From Selaginella moellendorffii (Eukaryota > Plantae > Lycopodiophyta), in contig NW_003314299.1 in NCBI RefSeq assembly GCF_000143415.4, forward strand, positions 124,001 through 188,000: 64,000 nt of DNA. The letters run 5' to 3'. Of this stretch, positions 25,573 through 38,329 are shown piece by piece; position 1 is the stretch's first letter, and the number at the start of each line of letters is the position of its first letter. The notes beneath the pieces were generated by a model. That model ran no database searches and was not told where the DNA came from. It worked only from the letters and a program-made list of their open reading frames with translations. Both the position numbers and the translations under genes were made by a program.

Positions 25573-27177
25573 ATGGAGCAGCGAGACGGAGAGCTTCTAG
25601 CCGGGCAAGTCGAGGGAGAGGTAAACTCCACCACTTTCCAGAGCTTCAACCTCGATTTCCTCAGCGCCGAGCACCAGCAAAGCCTGCTGGCGGCGAATTT
25701 CCAGCCGTGGTCCTCGAGCAGCAGTGGAGCTGGAGCCTGTGCTGCTGCGGCCGAGGATGAGGATGTCAAGGGACTGCTCACTCCGCCCAGCAGTCCCTCC
25801 GGCGCGAGCAACAGTGGCGGCAGTAAGTTCCCGTCCGGCCTGGCTCAAAAGATCGGCTACCTCCAAATGGTTGTCAATATGCTGGGCAGCAACAACAGCG
25901 CGCGCGGCCAGTCGAGCAGCGGCGCTCAGCAGCAGCAAATTGGGAAGCTCGTGGATCAGCTCCTGGTGACGGCCAGAGGTATGTTCTTGGAGCAGCAGCA
26001 GCAGCAGGAACAACATCAAAGTGCTTCCTTTGCTGCGAATCCCTCCAGCGATCGCTACTTTAACATCTCTCCGGAAGAACTCGTCTACCATCATCATCAC
26101 CATCAGCAGCAGCAGCAGCAGCAAATTCTCCAGCAGCAGGCTTATAACCAGCAGCAGCAAATGCCTTATCAAGGCATTTTTCCAAAGCCGGAGAGTATGA
26201 CTCCAGTGGAGAACCTCTATGCGGGTGTGGCGGCGGCTGCAATCGTTGATGGAGACGAAGACGAATCTCTCCAGGAGAGCCAAGACTCGTACGAGCTGAT
26301 CGAGCTCGACGCCATGGAGATCCTTGCCGAGCACACACACTTCTGCGAGATTTGTGGCAAGGGATTCAAGCGCGATGCCAACCTCCGCATGCACATGAGA
26401 GGCCACGGCGACGAGTACAAGACACCGGCGGCCCTTGCCAGGCCCAAAGGTGACGAAGAACACCGCAGCGATGGCAAGAGGAAAGTCTCCAGCCCAAAGT
26501 TTCTACCCAAGCGCTACTCCTGCCCGTATCTGGGATGCAAGCGCAACAGGCAGCACAAGAAGTTTGTGCCACTCAAGACGGTTCTGTGCGTCAAGAACCA
26601 CTACCGAAGATCGCACTGCCCCAAGCTCCTGACTTGCACCAGATGCCGCGTGAAGCGATTTGCGGTGCTTGCCGACCTCAAGACGCACGAGAAGCATTGC
26701 GGGAGGGAGAAGTGGCAGTGCTCTTGCGGGACGACCTTCTCTCGGAAGGACAAGCTCCTGGGCCACATCTCTCTCTTCGTCGGGCACAAGCCACTGATGA
26801 TGATGGTTCCGCCACAGCCGCTGCAGCCGCCTCCGATCATCTTGCCCAGCAGCAGCAGCAGCAGCTCCTTATCGGCAGCGGAGCTCTCGCCAGCTTCAAT
26901 CTACAGCAACATGCAGCAGATTCCATACTCATCAGGCATGATGGATTCCAAGTCCCAGATAATGGGAACTGTTGATGGTGTTCCTTCTTCTGTGGAGAGC
27001 TGCTGGAATCCAAACAGCATCTTTGTTGGTGGTGGTGGTCGGTCTGTGTTTGTCCCCGGCAGCAGCAGCAGCAATAACAACAACAACAACAACAACTCTA
27101 ACAACAACACCACCACAAGCAGTGAAAACTACAGCCTTGGATACCTGAGCCTTGATTTCTTCGACTGCAAGAATTGA
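25573..27177 (+). CDS. STOP1: STOP1-like C2H2 zinc-finger transcription factor, intronless
   Basis: [85 protein letters not shown]; CAG and AAC microsatellites encode polyQ and polyN. Confidence 0.92.
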   Translation: MEQRDGELLAGQVEGEVNSTTFQSFNLDFLSAEHQQSLLAANFQPWSSSSSGAGACAAAAEDEDVKGLLTPPSSPSGASNSGGSKFPSGLAQKIGYLQMVVNMLGSNNSARGQSSSGAQQQQIGKLVDQLLVTARGMFLEQQQQQEQHQSASFAANPSSDRYFNISPEELVYHHHHHQQQQQQQILQQQAYNQQQQMPYQGIFPKPESMTPVENLYAGVAAAAIVDGDEDESLQESQDSYELIELDAMEILAEHTHFCEICGKGFKRDANLRMHMRGHGDEYKTPAALARPKGDEEHRSDGKRKVSSPKFLPKRYSCPYLGCKRNRQHKKFVPLKTVLCVKNHYRRSHCPKLLTCTRCRVKRFAVLADLKTHEKHCGREKWQCSCGTTFSRKDKLLGHISLFVGHKPLMMMVPPQPLQPPPIILPSSSSSSSLSAAELSPASIYSNMQQIPYSSGMMDSKSQIMGTVDGVPSSVESCWNPNSIFVGGGGRSVFVPGSSSSNNNNNNNNSNNNTTTSSENYSLGYLSLDFFDCKN

Positions 27178-28109
27178 CAATTTGAGATGGTTTGTGTGAC
27201 TGGTCCATAATAACCAAATGGTGGACGCATTATATATCGGTATGCTAACATCTTGTGACCATATTACCATATAAAATAAATAAAAAGATTTTTTGTTGAA
27301 TGGCCGTTGAATAGGGTTGACTTACTGACCGTTGGCCGTTGACTATAATTGACCATGGTTCTTTCCTTCTCAGAGTACGGGCGATTCTGGGTCACTTCAC
27401 TGCCAGATACGCCGGCGGCACACGTCAACGCGCGATCTAACAGCGCTCACTGCTCCTCCTCTGACGTTTCACGCATTGAATGCCATAATAATTATAACAC
27501 CCCCAACGATGAGAGGCGCTCGCGCCCTCCATTCATGAAATCTTTTTCCTCGCCTCCTCCATTTCAAACCAGGGAGGATTTCTCTTCTTTCCCGAGCTCC
27601 GGTCGGAATTGGAGCCACGGGAGAGGAAGAATCTCAAATCCAGAGAACAAGAAAGATCTCGAGGATACTCTCAGAAAACCAGTTGGAGAAAAGGAGGGAG
27701 GAGAAAAAGATGATGTTGTTTTCGTTGGCGACCTGCCATCTTCTTTCTGGGAATTCCCATCACACGCAAATCTTCTGCCACTGGCAGGAGTGTAGCATAG
27801 ATAGATTTTGTCTTTGATCAAGCTTTTATTACCTAGTTCTCTCTCGGCTCCACATCTCGCTTCTTCTCCGTCCGCCGGGAAGAATTTACCAGCGTCTGGA
27901 CGAGGAGGACAAGCAATCCAGTACACTGATAGGTCTGTCGTATCATGGATAGATTTAGCTTGTATCATTCAGCCACCCTCAAGGCTTGCAGGATCCAATG
28001 ACCCATTTGTGATCGATCGCCGCTCGCGAGTTTGATCGATATCAATACCTCAGCTCCTCCCACAATGGGTTATCGGATCCACCATCAAAATCACAGCTTG
28101 TTCGCGAGT

Positions 28110-28115
28110 GGCGGC
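28110..28115. promoter_or_regulatory. GCC box (GGCGGC) in the SHI/STY leader
   Basis: tGGCGGCtccag lies ~65 bp upstream of the ATG; a GCC-box-like element is known upstream of SHI/STY genes. Confidence 0.35.
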
Positions 28116-28178
28116 TCCAGCTGCTCGTGAGACATCACGATTGCGACCAACAGCGACAATGGGAATTGGAACAGGGCA

Positions 28179-29740
28179 ATGTACGCACTCCATCTGGGTG
28201 ACAACGCTGGAGCAGGGCTAGGCGTCTTGAGTTCCTCGTCGGCCGATCTTCCGGATCACCATCGCTCATCAGTGCTCCAGCAAAGGGAGTTTTTCACCAG
28301 GGATGCCTTCGCGCAGGGATCATCGCGTGCATCAGCCGCGGCGGCGGCGGCGGAGGAGGAAGCATACTATCGATCAGCGTCGTCAAATCTTTCCAGCCTT
28401 GCTTCTTCGTTCCACCATCGGCTGGATCACCCGGAGGTTCCTCCCGCCGAGGCAGTGTTCTTGAGTCGGGATAGGCCGAGGAGCACCTTGGAGAGGTCGA
28501 CGAGGGCGAGTGCTAGAGTCGACTTCTCGGCGGATCGGTATCAAGAACACCACATTCCGAACTTATGGGATCAGGCATCGACTTCCAGCAAGCCCGCAGC
28601 CACGGCCTCAATCCAAGCCACTCCATTCATCGGGTCTTCGCGGCTCCCGGAGGCCCAGCTTCTTCCTCCTCCGCTTCATCACCATCAAGCGATATCGATC
28701 CAGCACGATTTCAACGACGCGGCCTCCTCGGAGCACCATCGGAACCCATCGCCGCCAAGCTGCGATATCATCGCTCCTCCCCAATACAGGATCTACAAAA
28801 CGACCGCCGCCATTAACATCAACGCCACCTCCGGCGCGAGCACCTCCACCGCCGCCACCATTACCAACACCACCAGCGCATGCAAGGAATGCGGCAACCA
28901 GGCCAAGAAGGATTGCCAGTTCCAGCGATGCCGGACGTGCTGCAAGAGCCGCTCGTTCGACTGCCAGACCCACGTCAAGAGCACTTGGGTCCCCGCGGCG
29001 CACAGGAGGAATCGAGGCGCCGCCGCGCACGCCGGCGGCGACGCGATGATCGACTCCTCCTCCTACGATCACGAATCCAGCGGGCTACCGCGATCCAAAC
29101 GCGCCCGCGGTGGCGGCTTTCGGCTCGTGGGTTCCACGGCCTCGGCATCCTCCTCCGGCTCGCAGCACGACTCGGACACGCCAATCTCGGGTAAGTTTTG
29201 GGGTTTGACCGGGCTTGACCAAGCCTGATCGGGGTGTCTTACTTTCTTGACTTTCGTTGACTGGCTTCTGGGCAGCCGCATTTCCGGCCGAGGTGCGCGC
29301 GCAGGCGGTGTTTCGATGCGTAAAGTTGACCAGCGTCGAGGACGGCGAAGACGAGTACGCGTACCAGACAACGGTGAGGATCGGGGGCCATATCTTCAAG
29401 GGTGTTCTTCACGACCGAGGCATTGAAGCTGGGCAACAAGACTCGTCCAGTTTCGGTGGTACTTCCACCGCGTCCCATCACCTCGTCGCCAAATCCATGG
29501 CGCCATCAGCGACTGTTAGCGCTGCGAGCGATCCAGCGCTAGCAGAAGCAGCAGCAGCAGCAGCGACAGTGGCCTCTACAGCCACATTATATGGACACGG
29601 AGGAAACGTACTCCTTGAAGGTTCTTCTAGACTCCTTTCACCAAAGAAAAATCTTCTTGGTTTTGGGTCAAGGGCTTTGGATCTACGTGATTCTGGTTGC
29701 TGCAGAGATGCGAGGTGGCGTCGGAGGCACCAACTGGTGA
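28179..29740 (+). CDS. SHI/STY (SRS) family transcription factor
   Basis: RING-like [40 protein letters not shown]; intron ~29191-29273; [14 protein letters not shown]...[19 protein letters not shown] (IGGH domain). 3' end uncertain: 29740 if a second intron 29621-29705 is spliced, otherwise 29826. Confidence 0.92.
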
Positions 29741-30353
29741 AGTCTTGCGAGGGGAGCGAATCAATCAGTCGAATTTTTGGAGTTTTGGGTACTAGATGGA
29801 AGAACTGGATATCTTGTTTGAGGTGAGTGATGTGAACTTCCACTCGAGAAACTCACAAACATCCTTGTCTGTGACAGGTTTATATCAGTATCATCATCTT
29901 TACCACCGATTTTTTAACTCTTTTGTATATGTCTAGATCCAGGATTAACTTGCAGCACTAATCACCCAAGTGTAACGAGTGAATCACTCAAAGCTATGGA
30001 ATCGAGCCCTCCTTCCATGCAAAGCAAAGGAGTCAATGCTTGGATCCAAAGAGAGAAAAAAAATATATTCCATGAGTAGACACAAAGCCATGAGGGCCAA
30101 TCACATCGAGCAGCGTGTCCTCATACGGATCTTGCCGTACGTCTCCTGGGGGATATCCATAATGTTGCTGGACAAGCGGCGCTGTGACGCGCAAGGGGTG
30201 GTGGGTTCTTTGGATTGGCGCTACAAGCTCTCAGACTTTTAGCAATCGTCTTCTAAGGGTCCCTCGTGATCGGTAAGTTCGCAAGATCTTGGTGGGCGAT
30301 CTCTGGTATTTGAGGAATCGAAATGTGAGCTTGCAATGCAGATCCAGGGGATC

Positions 30354-32080
30354 ATGAAGCGCGGGAGTTTGATGTTGCTGGGTCTTCTCCAGGCGGCTTT
30401 GGTGCTTTCTTTGATCCAGCACGGCCATGGCTGGGACGAGTACCTTAAACCACCGGCTGGAAACAGGCAAGAGCTTGAGTAACTCGGTTTTGGTTTTTAT
30501 CGTTCTGGTTGGAACCTTGGCAGCCCTCATATGAGAGTGAAGACTTCGAATGGCCACCATAGCTACAAGTGCTCGTGCGAGAAATGGGAGCTAACGGCAG
30601 CCTCGGCCGATCTGCTCAGCACCGTCGACTCCAAAACTATAATCGGCGCCTACTCTTTCTCCAGAAACTCAAACTCCAATTCCAAGCACCAGGGAACTTG
30701 GACCTTGTTTAACAATCCAGCCGACGCCATCGAGTCTGGAGCTCGTGTGAGCGCTGTTACTGGTAAAGAAGTTCTGGAAGTTCTAGCAAAGTTCTAACTT
30801 TTCTCTTGATTCCAGCAAAGGTGATACTTTCGTATCCAATACCCGGGGGCTTATCCGAGGCTCTCTTGCAAGTAACCTCTCACCACTTCGAGGGCCAGAG
30901 CGGGCTGGTTTCTTACATCCAGCGTCTCAAGCCGCAAGGTGGCGTGCCAATGACGAGCTCGTGCCAGCGTCCTCACGAAGTGCTCAAGGTTCCATTCTAC
31001 GCCGAGTATCAGTTCTGGAGGCAAGACGTGGTGCCACCCAGCGTCCCATACTCGCTCGTCGTGCCCTCGTCCGTGAAGCCGGTCCAGAGCTTGTTTGGCG
31101 AAGGGGAGGTCCTCTACTTGTTCAACGGTGAGAGCTGGGAGCAAAGGTACGCGTTTGCGAAGCTCTACGACGTTCCCGGCGGCAAGAAGCTGGGGAGCTA
31201 CTACATCAAAGCTAGAGGCGCGGGTGAGTCGTATGGAACGCACTTTTGGGATCTCTCCAATCCAAATGGCGTCCAAGTCGTGGGGAGAGTTACCATGCCT
31301 CCGGTTAGCGTCTCGAACAGCAGCCTTCCGTGGTTGACGACCACAATCACTGCTCACACGGGATCCAAGTAAGCTCTTCTTCTTCGATCTCTTCTTTTGC
31401 TTGTCACTTTTGTTCATGGCTTTGGATTTCTTCTAGTTTGTTGCTTGAAGACTTTTGTTCATGGCTTTGGATTTCTTCTAGTTTGTTGCTTGAAGACTTT
31501 TGTTCATGGCTTTGAATTTCTTCTAGTTTGTTGCTTGAAGACTTTTGTTCATGGCTTTGGATTTCTTCTAGTTTGTTGCTTGAAGACTTTTGTTCATGGC
31601 TTTGAATTTCTTCTAGTTTGTTGCTTGAAGACTTTTGTTCATGGCTTTGGATTTCTTCTAGTTTGTTGCTTGAAGACTTTTGTTCATGGTTTTGAATTTC
31701 TTCTAGTTTGTTGCTTGAAGACTTTTGTTCATGGCTTTGGATTTCTTCTAGTTTGTTGCTTGAAGACTTTTGTTCATGGTTTTGGATTTCTCCGAGTTCT
31801 TTGTTCAGACCTAGTTTGAGGTCGTTGTTATGGTTTTTCTGGTGTGTTTTTAGACTTTACTTCGTTTCGATGTTAGTTTCCATAAGAGTAATCGTCGTGA
31901 GAAGTTTCACAAGTTCTTTTCCTTTCATGACCACGTAGCTCGCTCCTAAAGAACGCAAAGGCCGTGCAAATGCTGTCAACTCGAGGTGGTCTCCCCAACA
32001 AGAAGAGTCCCAGAGGCAAGCTTTCCAGAGGCCAGTTGTGGAGAGTTCCGTTCACAGCCGTCTTCTGGTTCTATGGCTGA
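30354..32080 (+). CDS. Secreted protein with two tandem DUF3455-like domains, 4 exons
   Basis: Signal peptide MKRGSLMLLGLLQAALVLSLIQHGHG. Domain 1 ends VSYIQRLKPQGGVP...VPFYAEYQFW. Domain 2 GEGEVLY...LPWL...AVQMLSTRGGLP...VPFTAVFWFYG*. Last exon 31938-32080 joins in frame across the minisatellite intron. Confidence 0.75.
31406..31800. repeat. Intronic minisatellite, 45-bp unit x ~8.7
   Basis: Unit acttttgttcatggctttg(g/a)atttcttctagtttgttgcttgaag, head-to-tail with no spacers. Confidence 0.97.
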
Positions 32081-33229
32081 TAGCTTGCTCGCTATTTTCA
32101 CTCCACTCTCGCTCGCTCCAAGAAAACGATCACCTCCTCCAAGGAGATCTCCAGACAAGAATAGCACTTCACCGGATGTACAAACTACGTAAAACGAAGA
32201 AAAAAAAAACAAGAGAACGAAAGCAATGATATGTCACACATTCTAAGATACTTGTGAGAAGTTTGATCTGATTGACATATGGTTTTGATGGAGAAATTGA
32301 TATGGACACGGAATTCGTACTGCCGCACAGAACTTGAATGTGCTCAGAGCTGCAAACGAACGAGATTAGCAGTGCACAAAGACCAGGCGCACCACAGGAA
32401 AAGCATACAAAAAAGTGTAAGACGACGACGACGAGAGCTGGACCTGGCAAGACGGCTTTAAATGCTCTCACTCGGCAAACACCATGCTACATATTGACCT
32501 GAAGAAAATTTTTTAAAAATACGTTTTTTTTTTATAAATGTAGATAACTATTCAAATAAGAATGTTTGGAGGCAAAAGGAATGAGTCCATTTTTCCCCTT
32601 TATCTTTAAATTCCACATGGGAAAAATGGGACGGCTTCTGGGAATTCATGAGCAAGGGGTTGGGTGGTGGCATTTATACTCGTGATTTCATTGTTGAAAG
32701 CGAGAGGTATCGACCCTTTTCCTTTAGTTTTTCATCTCTTTTTTACGTTTTTTTTTTTACTAAATTCATCCCAAGATGGAGCATTTGCATGAAAATAAAG
32801 AGCAAAAACCTGGAAGAGAAGAGCAGAAAATGGAGAAAAAGATTCACAGTGTTTAGCTTTGTGGTCGTCATGCATTGATTATATCACGGGCCGTACAAGA
32901 CCAGACCGCGTTCGTACACCGCGAAGCTTGAACCCTTTATAAAACCCTGCACGTCTTTCACCTCCTCTCGGCATTCATTAAACGCAGTGCATCCATCCTG
33001 CGTGATCCCTGGCATATTCTCTCCCTCCGCTTCCTCCATAGCCGCCGACTAAAGAGAAGTAGACGCACTCCGCGCGAAGACAAGTGAGATAGAAGTAGCA
33101 GCTTCTCTTTTACCTCGTTTTTGCTCCCGGGGCCTGTCCATGCAGTGGTGGACACAGTCGTCATCCTTGGATCATCGCCCACGATCATCGAGCAGGAGTT
33201 TTGGATTGATCATCCGGTATTGGAGTGCG

Positions 33230-35252
33230 ATGGAGATAAACTCCAGCAGCAGCGGTAGCAGTAGCAGCAGCAGCGGTGTCGGAGACAAGAACTTCATCCA
33301 AGTGAGTGGCATCGATGCTTCTCCATCCCCTTCCTCCTCCTCGCTGTTGATGGTCATCGCCCACGGCTCCGGATCGGCGAGCTGGATGATTAGCATCGCC
33401 CTGCTGCTGGCCTGGTGGGTGTTTCTCCACAGGCTGAGACAGCGGCATCTGGCCGGGCCCAAGACGTGGCCGCTGCTGGGCTGCATCGTGGAGCAAGCCC
33501 GCAACTTCGACAAGCTCCACGACTGGCTACTCGGCTACTTCAACAAGACGCTCACCTTCTCCGTCCCCATGGCCACCATCAACAACACCTTCACCGCGAA
33601 CCCGGCCAACGTCGAGTACATCCTCAAGACCAACTTCAACAATTTCCCCAAGGTTGATCCCAGATCCCAGCTCCCAGTTTGCTTTCGTAGTTTCTTTCTT
33701 TTGTTCATGAGGAAACAACCCATGTTTACAGGGTGACAAGCTTTGTGGGAGGTTTGAGGATCTCATGGGTCAAGGCATTTTCACCGTCGACGGCGAGAGG
33801 TGGATCCACCAGCGCAAGGTTGCCACGGCCGAGTTTGCGTCGTCCAAGCTGCGCGATTACAGCATCCACACTTTCAGGGACAAGGCGCTGCGGCTGGTCA
33901 AGGTGCTGGACTCGGCCTCGCGCTCCGGGAAGCAAGTCGACCTCCAGGTAGAAGATCATAACTCTCTAGTGGTGAATTCACCTCTAACTCCTTGTCTGGA
34001 TGCGAATTATGCGCTCTCGACCAGGATCTGTTCATGAGGCTGACACTGGACTCGATATGCACGGTCGGGTTTGGAGTTGGCGTTGGGTGCCTGTCGCCGG
34101 ATCTGCCGTTTGTTCCATTCGCGGCCGCGTTCGACGAGGCAATGCGGCTCATCATCCGGAGATATGTGGACGTTTTCTGGAAGATCAAGAGGGCCGCGAG
34201 CATTGGATCGGAGGCCCGGCTCGCGCAGTGCCTCAAAGTGGTGGACAGTTTTCTCTACCAAGTTATCAACCGGAGGCGAGAGGAGATGAAGAGACTATCC
34301 TCGGAGGTATAGAACGTTACAATCGTCCAGTTCAATTCGAGTGTGAATTGCATTGATCCTTGTTTTCTCAGGCTCGAGCGGACTTGCTATCGCGATTCAT
34401 GGTGCTGGAAGGCGAAGAGGCCTACACCGACAAGATGCTGAGGGACGTTGTGATGAACTTCATGGTGGCGGGGCGAGACACCACCGCGCTGACGCTCTCG
34501 TGGTTCTTCTCCGAGCTTTGCAAGCACCCGGAGGTGGCGGACAAAATCGTCGCCGAAGTCTCCCAGGTTCTAGGAAGCAAGCAGCAGAAAATTCCCAAGA
34601 TTTCCGACAGGAGCAGCAGCTTCGACTATGGACTGGAGCAGGAGATCCTGGATCTTGCGGAGCTGCTGGACTACCAGACGCTCAACAAGATGCAGTATTT
34701 GCATGCCGCTCTCACGGAAGCTCTCCGGCTCTATCCAGCAGTCCCTCTCGTAAGAACACAAACTCCTCGAGATGTCACTCACGCCAAATTTTCTCTTTGC
34801 AGGACACCAAGCAAGTTATCGAGGATGACACGCTCCCGGATGGAACGAAAGTCCGAGCAGGCCAGTTCGTGAGCTACGTTCCATACAGCATGGGAAGATT
34901 GGAACACATATGGGGACCCGACGCTACCGAGTTCAAGCCAGAGAGGTGGCTCAACTCGAGTGGTGTCTATCAACCGCAATCTCCATACAAATTCACAACT
35001 TTCCAGGTAAACTTCTCTTCGAGAACTTTGTTGATTGTTCTCGATTATCATCTTGAACTCTTTTGTTTCCAGGCCGGGCCACGAATGTGCCTGGGAAAGG
35101 ACTCGGCATATCTTCAAATGAAGATGACCACCGTGATGCTGCTCAAGCTGTTTAACTTCAGCCTGGTAGAAGGCCAGAGCCTCGACTATAGAATGATGGC
35201 AGTGCTCTACATTGCCGATGGCGTCCAAGCCAAAGTCACGAGAAGGGAGTGA
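33230..35252 (+). CDS. CYP704: Cytochrome P450, CYP86 clan, CYP704-like fatty-acid omega-hydroxylase
   Basis: GPKTWPLLG...HDWL...NPANVEYILKTNFNNFPK|G, NFMVAGRDTT, TEALRLYPAVP, FKPERWL and heme motif FQ|AGPRMCLG. Confidence 0.9.
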
Positions 35253-35418
35253 AGAAAAGAGTGTGGAAGCGAGATTCTTTATTCATCCTTTAGGCCTTAG
35301 TTGCAATAACGAGATCGATGCAGCTTTGCATGCTTGTGTGCATACACCACCCTCGATAGTTCATCGGGATAAATTATTACGCAGAGGTGCCTGAGGAATG
35401 AGAAACGAGAAAAGCTCG

Positions 35419-36907
35419 TTACTTTTGTATGCTATCATCGCCGAAAACCTCTTTAATTCTCTCGGCGGTGAAACGAGCAACCCATTCCGAGCCAGGCTTT
35501 GTGCAGCAAAAGTCGTGTGTGATGTCCTCGCTTTGCACCACCGCGGTTTTTAAGCCTGGGACGCGTTCATGGACCTGATGAATAAAAAAAACTCTTATTC
35601 TAAGAAGCTAAAAGAAGAATACTCACTTGTTCCAGCAAGCTCAAGGGACCCCAATGATCGTCTATCCCAAACAAGAAGCAGACTCTCCTGTGATTCTCTC
35701 TGAGAAAGTCCCAATCGACCTCCTCTTTGAGCTGCATGATGAGAAACAATAAACCTTGAAAACCATGACAATAAATTGCGTACCTTTGCAAACTCTGTCA
35801 TCCCCATGTACGTGAAGTTGGCAACCATGGAGCTCTGAAGTCCTTGTTAAAAACTGGAGCACAGAGTGTAAGAAAGAATTTTACCCGAAGAAGGTATTTA
35901 CAGGTTGTGTCGACTGCGCACGGCCCCCAGGCCCTTCCCACAACAGCCTTGACAAGCCGTCTGGAAATCCACGCTGGAGAGTGGCCCAGTAAACCTGCGA
36001 GTGAGCTCACTGTCGCACGCATCAATGAGCTCCTGTATCCATAAAGAAGAAGGACAAGAAAAAAAGAAAAAACGAGCGTAAGAAACTATAAGAATGTCAC
36101 TGACTTACACTTACTCGCAAATCGCTTTGAGCACCGCTTGTTTCAGGGAGTCCGGATTTGTTTTCAGAAAGGGGTGCAAGCCGATCACGCACTGTAGCTG
36201 GACGAAGAAAAGCATTAAAAAAGTGTGTTGTTTGTTGCAAAGATGGGAGCACACACACCTTGTTTGGGAATCTCTTAAGGAGCTCGAGAATTATGTACGC
36301 GCCAATGGAGTGGCCGACCTTGAAAGCTCTACAGGATCAGCAAGTGATATGAAAGCATCCTTTTTAACTTTTGAGGAGCTTACCAGGACTGTTGGGAGGT
36401 CCGAGTTTATATATCGCTCTTCCAGAAACCCAGCCTGCAAGAGAAAACTTGAGAGCTGGTGTTAGATGAGACTCAAGTCTCACCTTGTGATCAATCTGTT
36501 GCTGCAAAGAAAATTTCTTGCCTTTCTCATAGTCCTGGGAAACGAATTTGTGTCAAACACTTGAATGCGAGGAAAGTTAGATTTTTACATGAGCGGTATG
36601 CGCGATATGTCCAATGGCTGCCACAAGAGAATTTTATCAGAATGTGGAGATGGAAGTTTCAGTCACTCACCTGTGATGGAAGCTGCACCTTCAAAGTGTT
36701 TGGAGAGAGCAGCGAGATAATCCTTGTAAAAACCCACAATGCCTGGATTCCCAGGAACAAAGACAATGTGAAGCCGAGGCATGGAATAAGGTTTGAGCTC
36801 CAGCAGCTCTGTGGCATGCCTGAAAAGCCCCAAAAGCTTTGAGGAAGGCAAACAGAGAAAGCGCTCACTGCTTACCCACAAACGCTCTCCACTCGACAGA
36901 CCGCCAT
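35419..36907 (-). CDS. Lipid-droplet-associated hydrolase (LDAH)-like alpha/beta hydrolase, multi-exon
   Basis: IVFVPGNPGIVGFYKDYL, GHSIGAYI (GxSxG), FLFGIDDHWGP, ITHDFCCT; stop at 35419. Confidence 0.85.
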
Positions 36908-38229
36908 AACTCTGCCCTAAATTTTGGAATATTTCTGGAATATCGATTCTATCTAGAATATAACACTACAATGTGACACAAAGTAAAATAATATAACTTT
37001 ACACTCTTCTTAAAACTCACTCAAAAACCTAATGTATATGTGATTGTGTGTTTATATTTTTTGTTTTGAGTTGCATCCAAAAATATTATATATATAATCA
37101 CTTTTCAATTTACAATAAAAATGTGATTATATAGATAATATTTTTGTCATGGGATATGCCATGTATGCATAAGATATAACACTTCAAACACATTATCTCA
37201 AATAACATGATGTTATTGTAAATTTAGCAAAGGTTTTTTTTATCTCATTTTCGTATCATTGAGTATAGATTTGTGATCTCTGGATTGTGATAATCTCTTT
37301 TATCTTTTGCACATGTATTACTCACTTCTCCTTCCATGTGGCTATTTTTCATTTCTCATACATTGAAGGCATTAATCTATTTTGACATATTTGGCTTTGC
37401 ACGAAGCAAAAGGCTTCGAAAACAAATGCCAAATTGCATCACTGACTCAAATGGCCCTTAACAAAGACAATGTAATAGTTTATTTGTAATATACACTAAT
37501 GTAAGCATGGTGTTTTAATTACTTTTATAAATGTTTTTCATTTATTGTGGCTTATTTGTAGCACAACACTTTAATTTAGGTAGCAATTGATTGACATAAA
37601 AGTGAGCGTGATACATTATAACACAAAGGTGAGCATAAAATCTTTTTTGGATGATTGGGGCATTGAATGTAATAGTTTTTCCGTGAGTAAGTGTATCTTA
37701 ATATAACTGTAGTAAGGTATTAGTTTTATTAATTTTTCATATTTTTAATCACGTGCACATATTTTTGGCATTATAATAATTTATTAATTTTGAACATGTT
37801 GGTTTGTTAAGTTTGGGCTTAATATGCAAAATACTCTCCATTACTCTCACTAAGAAATTACCTTAAGTAAGCAATAACAGTGAGTTTAGCCCTCAATAAG
37901 ACATTTAATATCTAGCTCGCATATTAAAAAAAAGTATGCCCACAATCTTATTAACGTATTAAAAATTTAATGTGATATAAAAATTTATGTAACACAAAAA
38001 TCACATATATAATGCTAATATGGACTTTGTAGCATGTACTAATGCATGCCCATGTGTAAAAAAAAATTGTATTTAAAATATTATTTTGTGAGTAACATAT
38101 ATATATTATAACAATTTAAGAACACATATATTTTTTATACATATTTTACACACTTACACAATTTTTTGCCAAACCACCCACCCCAAGTACCCTTCCCCAA
38201 AAAAAAAAAACAAATTTCTTACCATACTA

Positions 38230-38329
38230 NNNNNNNNNNNNNNNNNNNNNNNNNNNNNNNNNNNNNNNNNNNNNNNNNNNNNNNNNNNNNNNNNNNNNNN
38301 NNNNNNNNNNNNNNNNNNNNNNNNNNNNN
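38230..38329. other. Assembly gap (100 N)
   Basis: Run of N. Confidence 1.

Noticed and set aside
31406-31800. CRISPR-like array, or 140-aa repetitive ORF (31397-31819)
   Set aside because: Units are head-to-tail with no unique spacers, there are no cas genes, and it lies in a plant intron. The ORF is a by-product of the 45-bp unit length.
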